DNA of 63,791 nucleotides, counting the filler, from Rhizaria sp. SCN 62-66 (Eukaryota), in assembly GCA_001724265.1 (NCBI GenBank). It is 5 parts of 5 records of this genome, joined end to end, with 100 filler letters (N's around TTAATTAATTAA, not from the genome) between each part and the next. Parts side by side here need not be neighbours in the genome. Positions count along the whole stretch, not along the records: positions 1 to 7,634 come from MEDY01000656.1; positions 7,735 to 14,463 come from MEDY01000657.1; 3 more parts are not named here. One strand, written 5' to 3'. Position 1 is the first letter of the stretch, and every line of letters begins with the position of its first letter. Positions 1-10,339 of this stretch are shown in pieces. Both the position numbers and the translations under genes were made by a program. Under the pieces are notes generated by a model. That model saw only the letters and a list, made by a program, of their open reading frames with translations, was not told where the DNA came from and did no database searches.

Positions 1-323
1 AATCGAACGAAGTTCACTTTCAGAAACATACTTAAACATTTTTGCGCACTGAAGACAATCAGACCAGAGTACGGATATTTTGTCCCGCGGTTCGGATATC
101 TTTGTCTCTTGTAACATGTATTTTGTTTCATAAGTGATAATGTGTTATGTGTCGTCTGACCATGTGTAAAATTATGATGTACATGTACATGTACATGAGT
201 GTCCTATGAACGATTAAAAACGTTGTTTATAGATATTGACAGCGATCTGGGTCAAAACAGAAGCAAAAAGCTCGTAGACGGGCTAAGGAGATAGATAGAA
301 ACATATAAGCAGCTGCAGACGTG

Positions 324-2204
324 TTACCTTCTTGGCACACATAAAACAACCGGAATAGACGATTGTGACTCCAGTTGAAAAGAGAGAGATCCGATCTCAT
401 CCCAGCAGTCACCGTTGCCGCGGAGGCTGCAGCACTTGGCTTCAGCAATTGCGACCAAGCTGTTGTACATGTACATCAAAAAATTAAACTGATTACCGTC
501 AGCGCGGTCATAGTCCAAGCCATTCTCAGTTGTGTAGTCAATGGGCCCTCCAGTGGTCCAGTCGTGATGAACGTGCACTAGATCACGCGACCAACAGCAC
601 TGCATTCGGCAGCAGGCTCGCCGGGCACGGCGGGTACACAAACGTCGAGGTCCCAGGATGTCGTGCAGGTTTGTCTGAAGCGCAACACACGAGACCGCGT
701 TGCGGGCATTAATCGTGACGCGCGCACTAAAGAATATACGCTTGCGCGCCCGGGCCTGCAGCAGCGCCAGTGCCGCCGCAGACGGCGCACCGGCCACGCG
801 CAAAAGAGCCAGCCGCACTCCAATTTTTACGGCCACTATCCCGCCAGCGCCGCAGGTGGCCGCCCTTTTCGAGGCTCCACGCCCGGTGTGCATTAAACGC
901 CGTCTCCTAGACCGCGTTGGTGAGTAAAAGACAGTCGGGTCAAAGAAGGAGTAGATCAGCTAGAGGAGAGAGTAGGGGTTGCCGTCCCTGGTGAATGTGC
1001 GCAGGTCCGTCACCGCGGTGCAGCTCTGCTCCTCTGGCAGATGTCTCGCTGTGTGTACACGTAACAACGCAAAAGATCGAGCAACTGCGACCCGCGCTCC
1101 TTCACAAACGCTGGTGCAAACGCCTTGCCGCCCGCAGCAAGCTGGCGTGGCGCGCGCAAGAATACATTGAGGTTGCTCACAAATGCGGCGTTGGCGCCGA
1201 GAGCGTCACCGCCAAACGCGGCCGCGGTCAGTCCCGCCACGCAGCACTTGGCCGCGCCGCGCTGCGCCAGATTTTCCGCGGTCCGCGCGGCTTCGGCGAT
1301 GTCCTGCACGGTAGCAATGCGGTGCAGGGCGTTAAACGCTGCACGCGCCGCGATCTCTGTCTGTTGCGCGCAGCGCGGCTTGGGACTCCGCTCGAGCAGC
1401 TGTACCAGCTTGACGAGCACGCTGCGCCTTAGCAGCTGCCCCGCGAGCGCGAGCAAGGCCGCCGTGAAGCGCGCGAGCGCGGCGCCTAGCGTGGACACCG
1501 CGCCCCCGCTCAAGTGTCCAGAGGAGCGGCGCCGCGAGCGCGCGCGCAACGCGCTCCAGTGTAAAATCACGCCCGAGCGTCGCGGCCGGCAGCGTGGCAA
1601 CGCGGGTTATTACAACGATGAGCGCCTTGGGCGGGGGATATTGGCCGTCCGCGAGTATGTAGTGGCCGAAGTCTTTGTTGCGGAACAGCATGTGCCACGC
1701 AAAGTCAAAGAGTCCGCTCTCAAACATAGCCTCAATGTCGTCGTCAGCGGCAGCGCTAAAGCCAGTGCCCGAGTCAGAGTCATAAATCGCGTTCACCAGA
1801 GCACTTGCCAGCACCCGGGGCATGTTGTGGTGGCACCCGCATCGCAGGTAAATTGCGCCACAGCGCGCCGTAGCTCTCGCGCAACAATTCCCCAGACGCA
1901 GCGCAGCATCAATCGCGCGCTCCAAAGCAGTACCGCACGAACAGCTTCCCCTCTCCGTCCCCGACCAGCCCGCGCGGGCGCTCGCTTCAGATTGCCGGTC
2001 GCTGCAAAACTCGCTTGCTGCAGCAACTTTGGCGCATAATGAGCGTACCAGCGGCACGCTTCCGGTTGCGTTCGACCTAGCCGCTGCTAAAGAGCGCGAG
2101 GAGAGCCCGCCAAGCACAGTCGCCGCGTCCCGCAGCGAGCACTCTGCAACGGCCGCAGCTCCACGACGCAGCGCCGGCCTTACCGGCAATGAGCATGGCG
2201 TCAA
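324..2204 (-). pseudogene. Degenerate helical-repeat (ARM/HEAT-like) coding remnants with frameshifts
   Basis: GC-rich ORF pieces 1332..2204 (DDDIEAMFESGLFDFAWHMLF) and 1010..1600 (VLVKLVQLLERS...AAFNALHRIAT) read as amphipathic helical repeats and switch frame near 1510. They lie next to ARM paralogues on the same strand. Family assignment is weak. Confidence 0.3.
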
Positions 2205-2374
2205 AGACCTAACTCACTCTGTGCCTGATTTTGTGCCGCGTGCTCGCTCCGTACGCCCAATTTCCCGAGAACCGCCTCTCTCTGTCCCGAGTCTGAAAGT
2301 CGCCACTGTTGCTACCTCGTGCAAGCAGCTTCACGGGCGCCGCTATGACAAAGATGGCTGGTCGCAACGGCCGC

Positions 2375-2462
2375 GGTCACCACGGCCGTGACCGCTGCAA
2401 CGGACTGCGCCGCGCTGCTCTCACGCGTGTCCGCGCGGCCGCTGTGGGCTGTGTCAGCGCGA
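2375..2462 (+). repeat. Dispersed degenerate repeat, copy 1
   Basis: ggtcaccacggccgtgaccgc...ctgcgccgcgctg...gcggccgctgtgggc resembles 5520..5607. A more decayed copy lies at about 5090-5180. Confidence 0.6.
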
Positions 2463-2803
2463 CTCAGGCCGCAATAGCCGTGCTGCGCGAGGCTTTGTGC
2501 GCCGAGGCTGCCGCGCGCGGCGAGTCCATCCACGACACCGACTCCTCGGACTCGGACATCAAGTCTGCAACGCGTGTAAAAACGATGAATATACTAGGAC
2601 ATGTATGATGAATAAAAACTGTTTGTACATGTACGTTTATAATCAGAGAAACCACTGGTGTTTTTGTCACCGGGCAGATTCATAATGATGTTCGGTCTCC
2701 CACTAACTTCAGATGAAAATTACCTCGCTGTGTCGCGTCTGAGCAGCTCCAAGGTTATCGATTGTTTTCTTTTTCATTTTCGTGTACGGCTACTAGGACG
2801 TAA

Positions 2804-4274
2804 TCAAAAAGAAACGGTCGTATGGACAAGCTGCTCTGCTTCGCCTTTGGCGACGTCGCCCAAAATGCTCACCAACAGCTCGTGCAGTTGCATGGCTTCG
2901 TCCCGTGCACTGGCGAGCGCCTGCTCGCTCTGGATCAGCGTCGGCCAGGAAAATGTTGCGGGGCTCCGCGCCCTGGGCCCGCACCGCGGGGTCCGCGCCC
3001 GTGTCGCCGGTCTCGACCATTGTGCGCACGACCATGAGCACGAGCGTGAGCAGCCGGCCCAGCGGCCTATGGGGCGGCGGCCCCGGCAGCGCAGCCACAG
3101 CGGCCAGCGTCGCTGCGCAGTAGGTCACCGCGCCGGAGCCGAGCAGCACGAGTGCCATGGCGGGCGTGCCGCCGTCGTCGGGCGGCGCACTTTTCAGTGC
3201 GTTCCACATCACCCACATCAGCTCGCTCGCGATCGGCCACCGGTTGGACTCGGCGTCGCCGGGTGGCGGTGCGGGCACGCGCAGAATGAGCGTCTGGACC
3301 GCGTTGGATGCAAGCACGCGCGACACCATCGCGGCGTCCGCGGCCAGCAGGTTCGACAGCAACCACGACAGCTACATCATTGCTTCGGTGTCCGTGGGTC
3401 CCAGAGAGCGTGCAAAGCGCTGCAGGTGCGCCAGCGCGGGCGGGGTAAACGCACGGTCGGGCTCGCCGTGAAAGAGCGAGGCAACAATGCCGGCAATGCG
3501 CAGCGCAGGCGTCCGCAACTCGCGGCTCACGTGCAACTGGGCAAGGATACGCAAAAAGATGTCGTCGTCGTCCACGAACAGGTACTCAAAGCGCACCCCT
3601 ACGCTCTCTTTGCGGAACACAAACGACAGGGACCACAACACGTCTTTCAGAGCGTCAGTCAAACGCGCGGCGGGAAAGCGGCGTAGCGCGAAGAAGAGTT
3701 GCGGCAAGGCCGTCACAGTGACTCTGAACGGGAGCGGTGGCGTGACCCTGAGGAAATTTGATACTGTCCACGAGAGAACATTGTGCAAAGCGACCCGAAT
3801 TTGGACTGTTCCCCCGTACACATCCGCCATATAGCGGCACACGTGCGCAAAGACTCCGCGCTCAATGAGCGAGTCAACAGCCTCGCGGCCCTCGCCAGCA
3901 ATGTTGCCCAGCGTCCAAAGCGCGTTTTCGACGATGTCCGTGGGTTGGTCAAGGTAGAGCACGCAGCAAAGCTTCTCAGGAACACCGCGTAAAAGCATCA
4001 CGCGGCAGCCTTCAGATGTCGCAGCCAAGTTCTTAAAAACCCGAAGCGTCTCATGCGTGCGCTGAGGCTCGTCAGCGTCGGCACAATACTCCAGCGACCT
4101 TAAAAACCAGTCAAGCACGCCGTGCTCGAGACACTCCGTCGCGAAAGTCTTCAGATCGTAGTTCTAGGTAGCGCTCTGCCTCCTCAGACTACGGAGCCCG
4201 TCGAGTGACGTTGTTACTGACATCAGGTCGGCGAGTGCCTCATGAAACGAGAATGGATCATACGGGACAGACAT
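2804..4274 (-). CDS. Importin-alpha-like armadillo-repeat protein with two in-frame TAG codons (4164-4166, 3372-3374) and a frameshift near 2941; may be a pseudogene
   Basis: Importin-alpha ARM motifs ENALWTLGNIAGE, SWTVSNF, DVLWSLSF and SWLLSNL. One frame runs from ATG 4274 through both TAGs to about 2941. A plausible C-terminus (TLIQSEQALASARDEAMQLHELLVSILG) follows in another frame and ends at TGA 2804-2806. A basic IBB-like stretch (IRKLRRRVASRRSDEL) lies upstream at about 4410-4470. Confidence 0.7.
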
Positions 4275-5519
4275 CACTGAAACAGTGGAGCGTACGCTGT
4301 TTCAGGCTCTGCTGTTGGACTCAAAAGCTCCAGTAAATACAAGGTTAAAGCGGAGCTCCAAGCTATATAGCAGGGAAATTGATCCACTAAGGCCTAACAA
4401 CGCCTGTTTGTGCAAAATAAGTTCGTCGGACCTCCTGCTCGCCACCCTTCTGCGGAGTTTTCGTATGGAAAGACGTGCCCACAAAAAAACATATTTGATT
4501 TAATAGATACAGTTAGTGAATTAAAAGCACCAATGCGTCAACTGTTTGTTCTCTGTCGACACATATCATCGAAGTGATCGAATTCTGAGTCGCGTCATTC
4601 TCCCTCTCCTTCTCTTGCTTCGAAAGCGCCCGACATTCGGTTGTCAGATGTCTTAAATCGGATCGTCATTTGTGGCGATATATGGATGGATGAAATTTAA
4701 GAATAATATCTGCACAATTCCTCAATTAAACCTGTTGGGAGGAAGAGATCATTCTGATATCACTAGTTTACGTCGGCCAGGTCCCTTGCGAAGCTCGACG
4801 TCACCATGACCTTGCACACGAGCACCGTGTGCGCGCCTATCTACGATTGACTGTGCATTGACGCTACTTCCGAGCTTCAATTAGTGTACGTCAATACGTG
4901 TAGCCGCGTTGTGCTCTTTTCTCTTTCCTCCAGTCCGACGTTAATCCCTCGATACAACGACATGTGTGCACCTCCATGCATGCACACATCCCACTGACGC
5001 CGCACCTGGTGAGTGCCTACTTACAGTCTTCCGTGCCTTCACAGCCCATGTCTCTGTCAACGCTGTAGCCGTTGTTGCCGCCATGCGTGCGCGGCTTCAC
5101 GAGCGCTGCGACAGCGCGTCGAGGTCATAGACGCTGTCACAGTGACCGTGACCGCTACTTGTGTGCGGCCGCTTCAGGGGGTGATATTGCTACGCTGACC
5201 GCGATGGACGCGGCCCCCCCCCCCCTGTTCCCCTGTGACTCAAACCTCGGGCCTGAAGAGACAAGCCTTTGAAACTAGGTTATCCAAGTGCCTGATAAGT
5301 CGTACGCACATATTATTACAATCTTCCTCATGATATATTACATATTTATGTTAATATGCGTTATCTCTTAACACCGTACCAAATGTGTTCTGCTGCTCAT
5401 CGTTAGGAACTAGCGAACCTGTGTGACAGAGGACATTGAGTGCTGATTTTGCATCCTCGCGAGGCTGTTCCTTAACAATGAGCGCTGCGACGGTGAGGGC
5501 CAGTGCCAGTTATGACCAC

Positions 5520-5607
5520 GGCCACCACGGCCGTGACCGCCATGGTGGGCTGCGCCGCACTGTTATTGCACACATACGTGCGGCCGCTGCGGGCGGCGAC
5601 AGCGCGG
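5520..5607 (+). repeat. Dispersed degenerate repeat, copy 2
   Basis: ggccaccacggccgtgaccgc...ctgcgccgcactg...gcggccgctgcgggc, similar to 2375..2462. Confidence 0.6.
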
Positions 5608-6405
5608 AGGGGACTCTGCGCCGTTGCTGTTGCGGCAGTGTCTTCTGGAGCCGCAATCCAAGTCCCCAAACAATATAAAGCCGGTGGGTAGTAACACGTA
5701 TGCGCTACTTAACCAAAAACAAACGGGTGCATCAACAAAGTGCGTTTAAGTTCATTAGACAGAGGCTGGGATAACCAGGAGCACTTGGAAGGCTGAGACT
5801 TTGCACACATTCACGATTATATACAACGCTAATTCAGAATTTCAAAACAAATAAACAAAACTGCATCGACATTAAAAGACTAGTGGGTATTGCACATCAA
5901 AAAGTTGAACTTAGAGTCGTTGTTAATATTACGCTAGATCCTGTTTACCTCCTGTCAGAGCATTTGTAGTTGACGTGAAGGGCGTTTCCAAGCGTTAGTG
6001 GTGGTTAAGAGGGGGGGGTGTGTGCCACTTTTCCTTCACCAAGAACAATGTCGATAAATAATCGTCAAAAAAGGCTGTGTTCAAAGTGTACAACATTTTA
6101 CTTGTAGTATCTCTTTATAAATTTAACTGTATTTCATGGGAGCTTTATTTCATCAAGATCTCACCCCTGGCTACTCTTGACCTCGCATGCGCGCCCATCT
6201 GCGATCGATGCCTCATTGGCGTCCCGCTAAGCTTTTGTAGCGCGGCTACCTTGCATGATGAAGCGCCAACTCCATAAGTCTGCAGTGAGCGATCTTAGGC
6301 GACCCCCAATGCGCCACCTTGGCAACGGTCTGCCGCTGAGCGACCTTCGGATGCTTTTGAGCTCTCCTACTATGGCCACTGCGCCATATTAATATGTTAC
6401 ATTTG

Positions 6406-6929
6406 TACGCGCGAAATTTTTCATAAAGGGACTCTCTCACAGGAAAACCACAGAGAAACGGCACCCAACGACCTACCAAGCTCCGGATATTTTAATACTG
6501 AATTACAAATACTTATCTGTGAACACACATAGAAGGATTCTGTCTTTAAAGTGTGTGTTTTCTGTGTTAAAGTATCTGTTATCTGAATATAATTCGAATT
6601 ATATGTATTTAAATGCTTATCATTTACACAAAAAATGGTTAGCCACAGCTACGGATATTTTTGCCCGCAGTAGTAAAGGGAGCCTTAGGAGGTCGTTGGG
6701 TGCCGTTTCTCTGTGGATTTCCTGTGAGAGAGTCCCTTTATGTAAAATTTCGTGCGTAACACACACTTTAAAGACAGAAGAATCCTTCTATGTGTGTTCA
6801 CAGAAAACACCACCCTTGTACTAAAGTACTTAGGACAGTATTAAAATATCCGGAGCTTGGTAGGTCGTTGGGTGCCGTTTCTCTGTGGTTTCCTGTGAGA
6901 GAGTCCCTGTATGTAACATTTCGCGCGTA
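6406..6929. mobile_element. Non-coding foldback/MITE-like element with nested inverted repeats
   Basis: 6406..6500 is a near-perfect inverted repeat of 6836..6929 (about 95 bp). A second copy of the right arm lies at about 6690..6758. An inner pair at about 6518..6559 is inverted to about 6758..6802. The core is AT-rich with no credible ORF. Confidence 0.7.
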
Positions 6930-7634
6930 GCACAAGAAACACCGCCTTTATATTAATATCGCGACCGGCAAATGCTGTCGAATGGAATTTTATGCAGAAT
7001 GTCGGCGGTAACAACATATTTCAACATCAAATGACGCCAACTCAATGGCTTTGACACCCTCTAACCATGGAAATGACCAGGGGCCATACCAGTCCAGTCA
7101 AAATCCCCCGTCCCCTACAACTTGGGGTTCCAAAAAAGGGGTGGGTTCCAGCGAATCCAGGGAATGAGCGAAGCTAGGTGTCCGCCTAAACTGCAACGAC
7201 AGACTGCGAACGTCAGGGAATGGCGTGTGTCGGCGGCCTGGGTGATGGCGTGAGCGATGGGAGCGGGACTTTTGTCAAGCTTTTCGATCGCGATACGCTT
7301 TCCCCAGGTTTGAACATTTCGTTATGCTGCTTCATGAACTGGACTCGAGGGAGCAACGCCGTACAGGAAATGAGCCCCACTTTTGAGTGGGAATATCACC
7401 GAGATTACATCGACAATCCAGCTTTAAATTGCATAATCGTTTATTAACGCGTATTTTCTGTTATATGAAAATCTTTTTACATGCTAACAGTAGTTTAATA
7501 TCCCTTAACTCTCTCGTCTTGAAAGTGTCTCACCCACGTTCTTTCTCAACGCTCTTGCCCCACTTGCCTCACCCTCAACAGCTTCGCCCGAGTTCGAATC
7601 CCGACCTCGTATGGCAAGCTCTCCATCGAGGCTT

Positions 7635-7734
7635 NNNNNNNNNNNNNNNNNNNNNNNNNNNNNNNNNNNNNNNNNNNNTTAATTAATTAANNNNNNNNNN
7701 NNNNNNNNNNNNNNNNNNNNNNNNNNNNNNNNNN
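7635..7734. other. Artificial assembly spacer (44 N + TTAATTAATTAA + 44 N)
   Basis: The same 100-nt construct occurs four times, and the 12-mer places stops in all six frames. Confidence 0.97.
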
Positions 7735-8380
7735 CACAGACCGAGCTTGCTATCGTCGTCAACGCCGCCGCTCAGCGCGGGCGGCACGGGCGCGACCGGG
7801 ACTAACGTCTGGAGCACGCCCGCGGCCAGAATGCGCGCCACCATTGTGGGGCCATCAACCATCATGTTCGACAGCAGCCATAGCAGCGTCTGGATTGTAT
7901 CGGCATCGCGGGGTCCCAGTGCCGCAGCCAGCCAGCGCAGATGCGCCAGCGTGGGTGCCGTGAAGACCTGCGTGGACATGCCGGTGTTCAAAGCGGCAAT
8001 CTTGCCGAAGAAACTCAGTGCGTGCGCACGCCGCTGGGCGTTGTCGTGCAACTGCTCAAACACGCGGTCGAAGACGCTGGCGTCCCCACAGTCGCGATCA
8101 AGCAGTACGTTGTTGCCATCAGATGACCCCATAAAGTTTTGAGAACCTAGAATGTCACCTAGCTCCGTTCGGCCTCATCCAAGTCCGACGAGTAGGCCAA
8201 GGACCAGAGTTGTCACTCGAAAACGCCGTCCTCCAGAAATGCCGCAAGGAGATCTGACAAATCGTCGTGACCCTCAGTAAGTTCCTTCAGCTGTTGAACC
8301 CCCTCGAGGGATGTTGCGGGCGACATCAAGTTCGCAATCACCTTGCGAAACGCGACTTCTTCAAAGGGTCCCGCATGCAT
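7735..8380 (-). pseudogene. Importin-alpha-like ARM paralogue, pseudogenised, with its 3' end lost in the gap
   Basis: The N-terminus (PFEEVAFRKVIANLMSPATSLEG...LEDGVFE) and later part (FTAPTLAHLRWLAAALGPRDADTIQTLLWLLSN) align with the 2804..4274 gene. There is a TGA at 8213-8215 where the paralogue has Trp, and a frameshifting internal deletion of over 100 codons near 8135. Confidence 0.75.
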
Positions 8381-10339
8381 CGCTTCACTGTGTTGAGTAG
8401 GTCTTTACCGGATAATCACTCTCTAAACTGTTTGCTTGAATCACCAGTAACAGGCTGGCGGATGCTCATCTCACGTGAGTTAAGCGGATATAGCAGAACA
8501 AATGTCCCGGTTTATACCTTAAAGTGAAAGGATTACTACATGTTCTTTTGACAGCTGCACTTAAGACGATTACTGCAATCGCGGTTGCCGTTCATGATCC
8601 TAGATAGATGTCACGTCAAATGATGGGTTTAAGTGAACAAATAATACATGTCAAAGCTGTCAATTAGATTAACTCGGATCATGTAATAATAATTGTATTT
8701 TAGGCCATACTTTAAGAAAAAAAACGTTCTAGTTGAGCCTTCAACTCGCCTGCGTTTCCCCTGTAATGATCCTACATGTCGCAGGCGGTCGCTGTTGCAG
8801 CAGTCGTGCATCTCTGAGTAGCAGTGTGCATTGTATGCTTTCCACTGCAACTTATACGACGATGACGCGCGGCAAGACGGACGGTTAGAGACGTGAAAAT
8901 CGTGTGATCAATGTGATACTGGGAAATTGTTGGTGGGGGGGGGGGGGGGGGGGGGGNTGGAGGAGCGGGAGACACACATGTAAGACAAACGCGACAGCGT
9001 AAAACGAAACAAAAAAATGAATAGCCAAAATAAGGAAGAGTATAAACAACGCATCGTATCATATTGAGTGCGATACCAATACGTAAAAGTGCGATAACGA
9101 TTGAGTGGGTAGAGTGAGCGAGAGCGTGAGCGAACAAAAGGCAAAAATCGATTTGAATCAATCGTATTCGTCAACTTACTACGATGGTAGCGAGGCGACG
9201 ATGTTAACATTTAATCAAGCACATAAGCACAAGCGGTCGAACTTGTCAATGACGAGAGGTTTGACATGTACCCGTGAGGCATGCGTACGCGGTAACATGC
9301 GTGCGCAGTCAGCAGAGCAAAGCAAGCTTATGAACATGTGAAATCAAACACAACCACAAGCGAAGAAAGGCATAACAACAAAGGCAGCAAAGAGACTACC
9401 TCAGTCTCGGCCGCTGATGATGCTACTGTCACAATAGTCGTCGCAGTTGGTTGTGTGATTGTGTTGATGCCGATCTCAATCGGTTACTTCCTCCGTCTCG
9501 TATTACGGTGAGACGGAGCAAAGCGCACAAGAGAGACGTGAAAGAAAAGAAATTAAAAAAATAGATCGTAAAATCGTCTTTGAAAAGTTCCAGCACAGAC
9601 AAAATGGACTGTTTCATCTTGCACATAAAGTGTGAACACAGAAACAGATAGGCGAACTGGACAACGACATAAACGTATGCGAATAGAGTAAAAGAGCACA
9701 TCAAAAGAAACAGAAACCCCAATAAAGAAAGAGTGATCAACAAAGTTACAAATCAACATGATCAGCAACTGCTGCTTTGATTGACACGTCAAACGGCAAC
9801 CGCAACAACAAGCAATCAAGCGAAACGCAGTCGCGTCGCTGAATTCGATTCAAGTAAAATAAGTGCGTTCTGAAAGGGAAATTTAAGAAAGCGCAACGCT
9901 AGCTTAAACCACAGTCATTGCAGAGATATAGCGTCTTCGTGACGCAGGTTTGATATAGCTATAATCATCATTATTGCAATCTCACACTCATGAATAAAGA
10001 AGAAATAAAAAGCACGAAGCACTCACAGTCAGTTAGGATGTTACATATGTACAGTACATCAAGTTTCTTGACTGTTGTTGTTGCTGCTGTTGATTGTGTG
10101 ATAAATGTGTGATAAAATTGATGTTGGCATTGTGCCGTTGGTAACTTTGTCGTAGTAGAAGTTGTTGCTGTTGATGTTGATGGTGTTGAAACATTATTTG
10201 TGGAATGTGAGTTTGGTTATTGACAGTTTGTTGATCTAGTCGTAATCAATATTGTTGCAATCTCACGCTCATGAAGGAAGAAAAAAAAGCAAAAACAAAA
10301 AAAAAAACGAAAACGGAGAAGCTTACTTGCCGACTGCCA

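Noticed and set aside
7586-7604. GAGTTCGAATCCC, resembling a tRNA T-loop/B-box (checked as a possible suppressor tRNA)
   Set aside because: The stem is mispaired and no acceptor, D or anticodon arms could be built. I found no tRNA in the window.
8213-8215. In-frame TGA opposite Trp, suggesting UGA=Trp
   Set aside because: It lies in a copy with a large frameshifting deletion, and TGA is the terminator of several real genes here.
8935-8957. Poly-G run ending in an N
   Set aside because: Probably a sequencing or assembly artefact, so I did not call it as a G-quadruplex or poly-Pro exon.
8530-10330. Short hydrophobic ORFs in AT-rich sequence
   Set aside because: Composition matches intergenic/UTR DNA, with no codon bias or homology.
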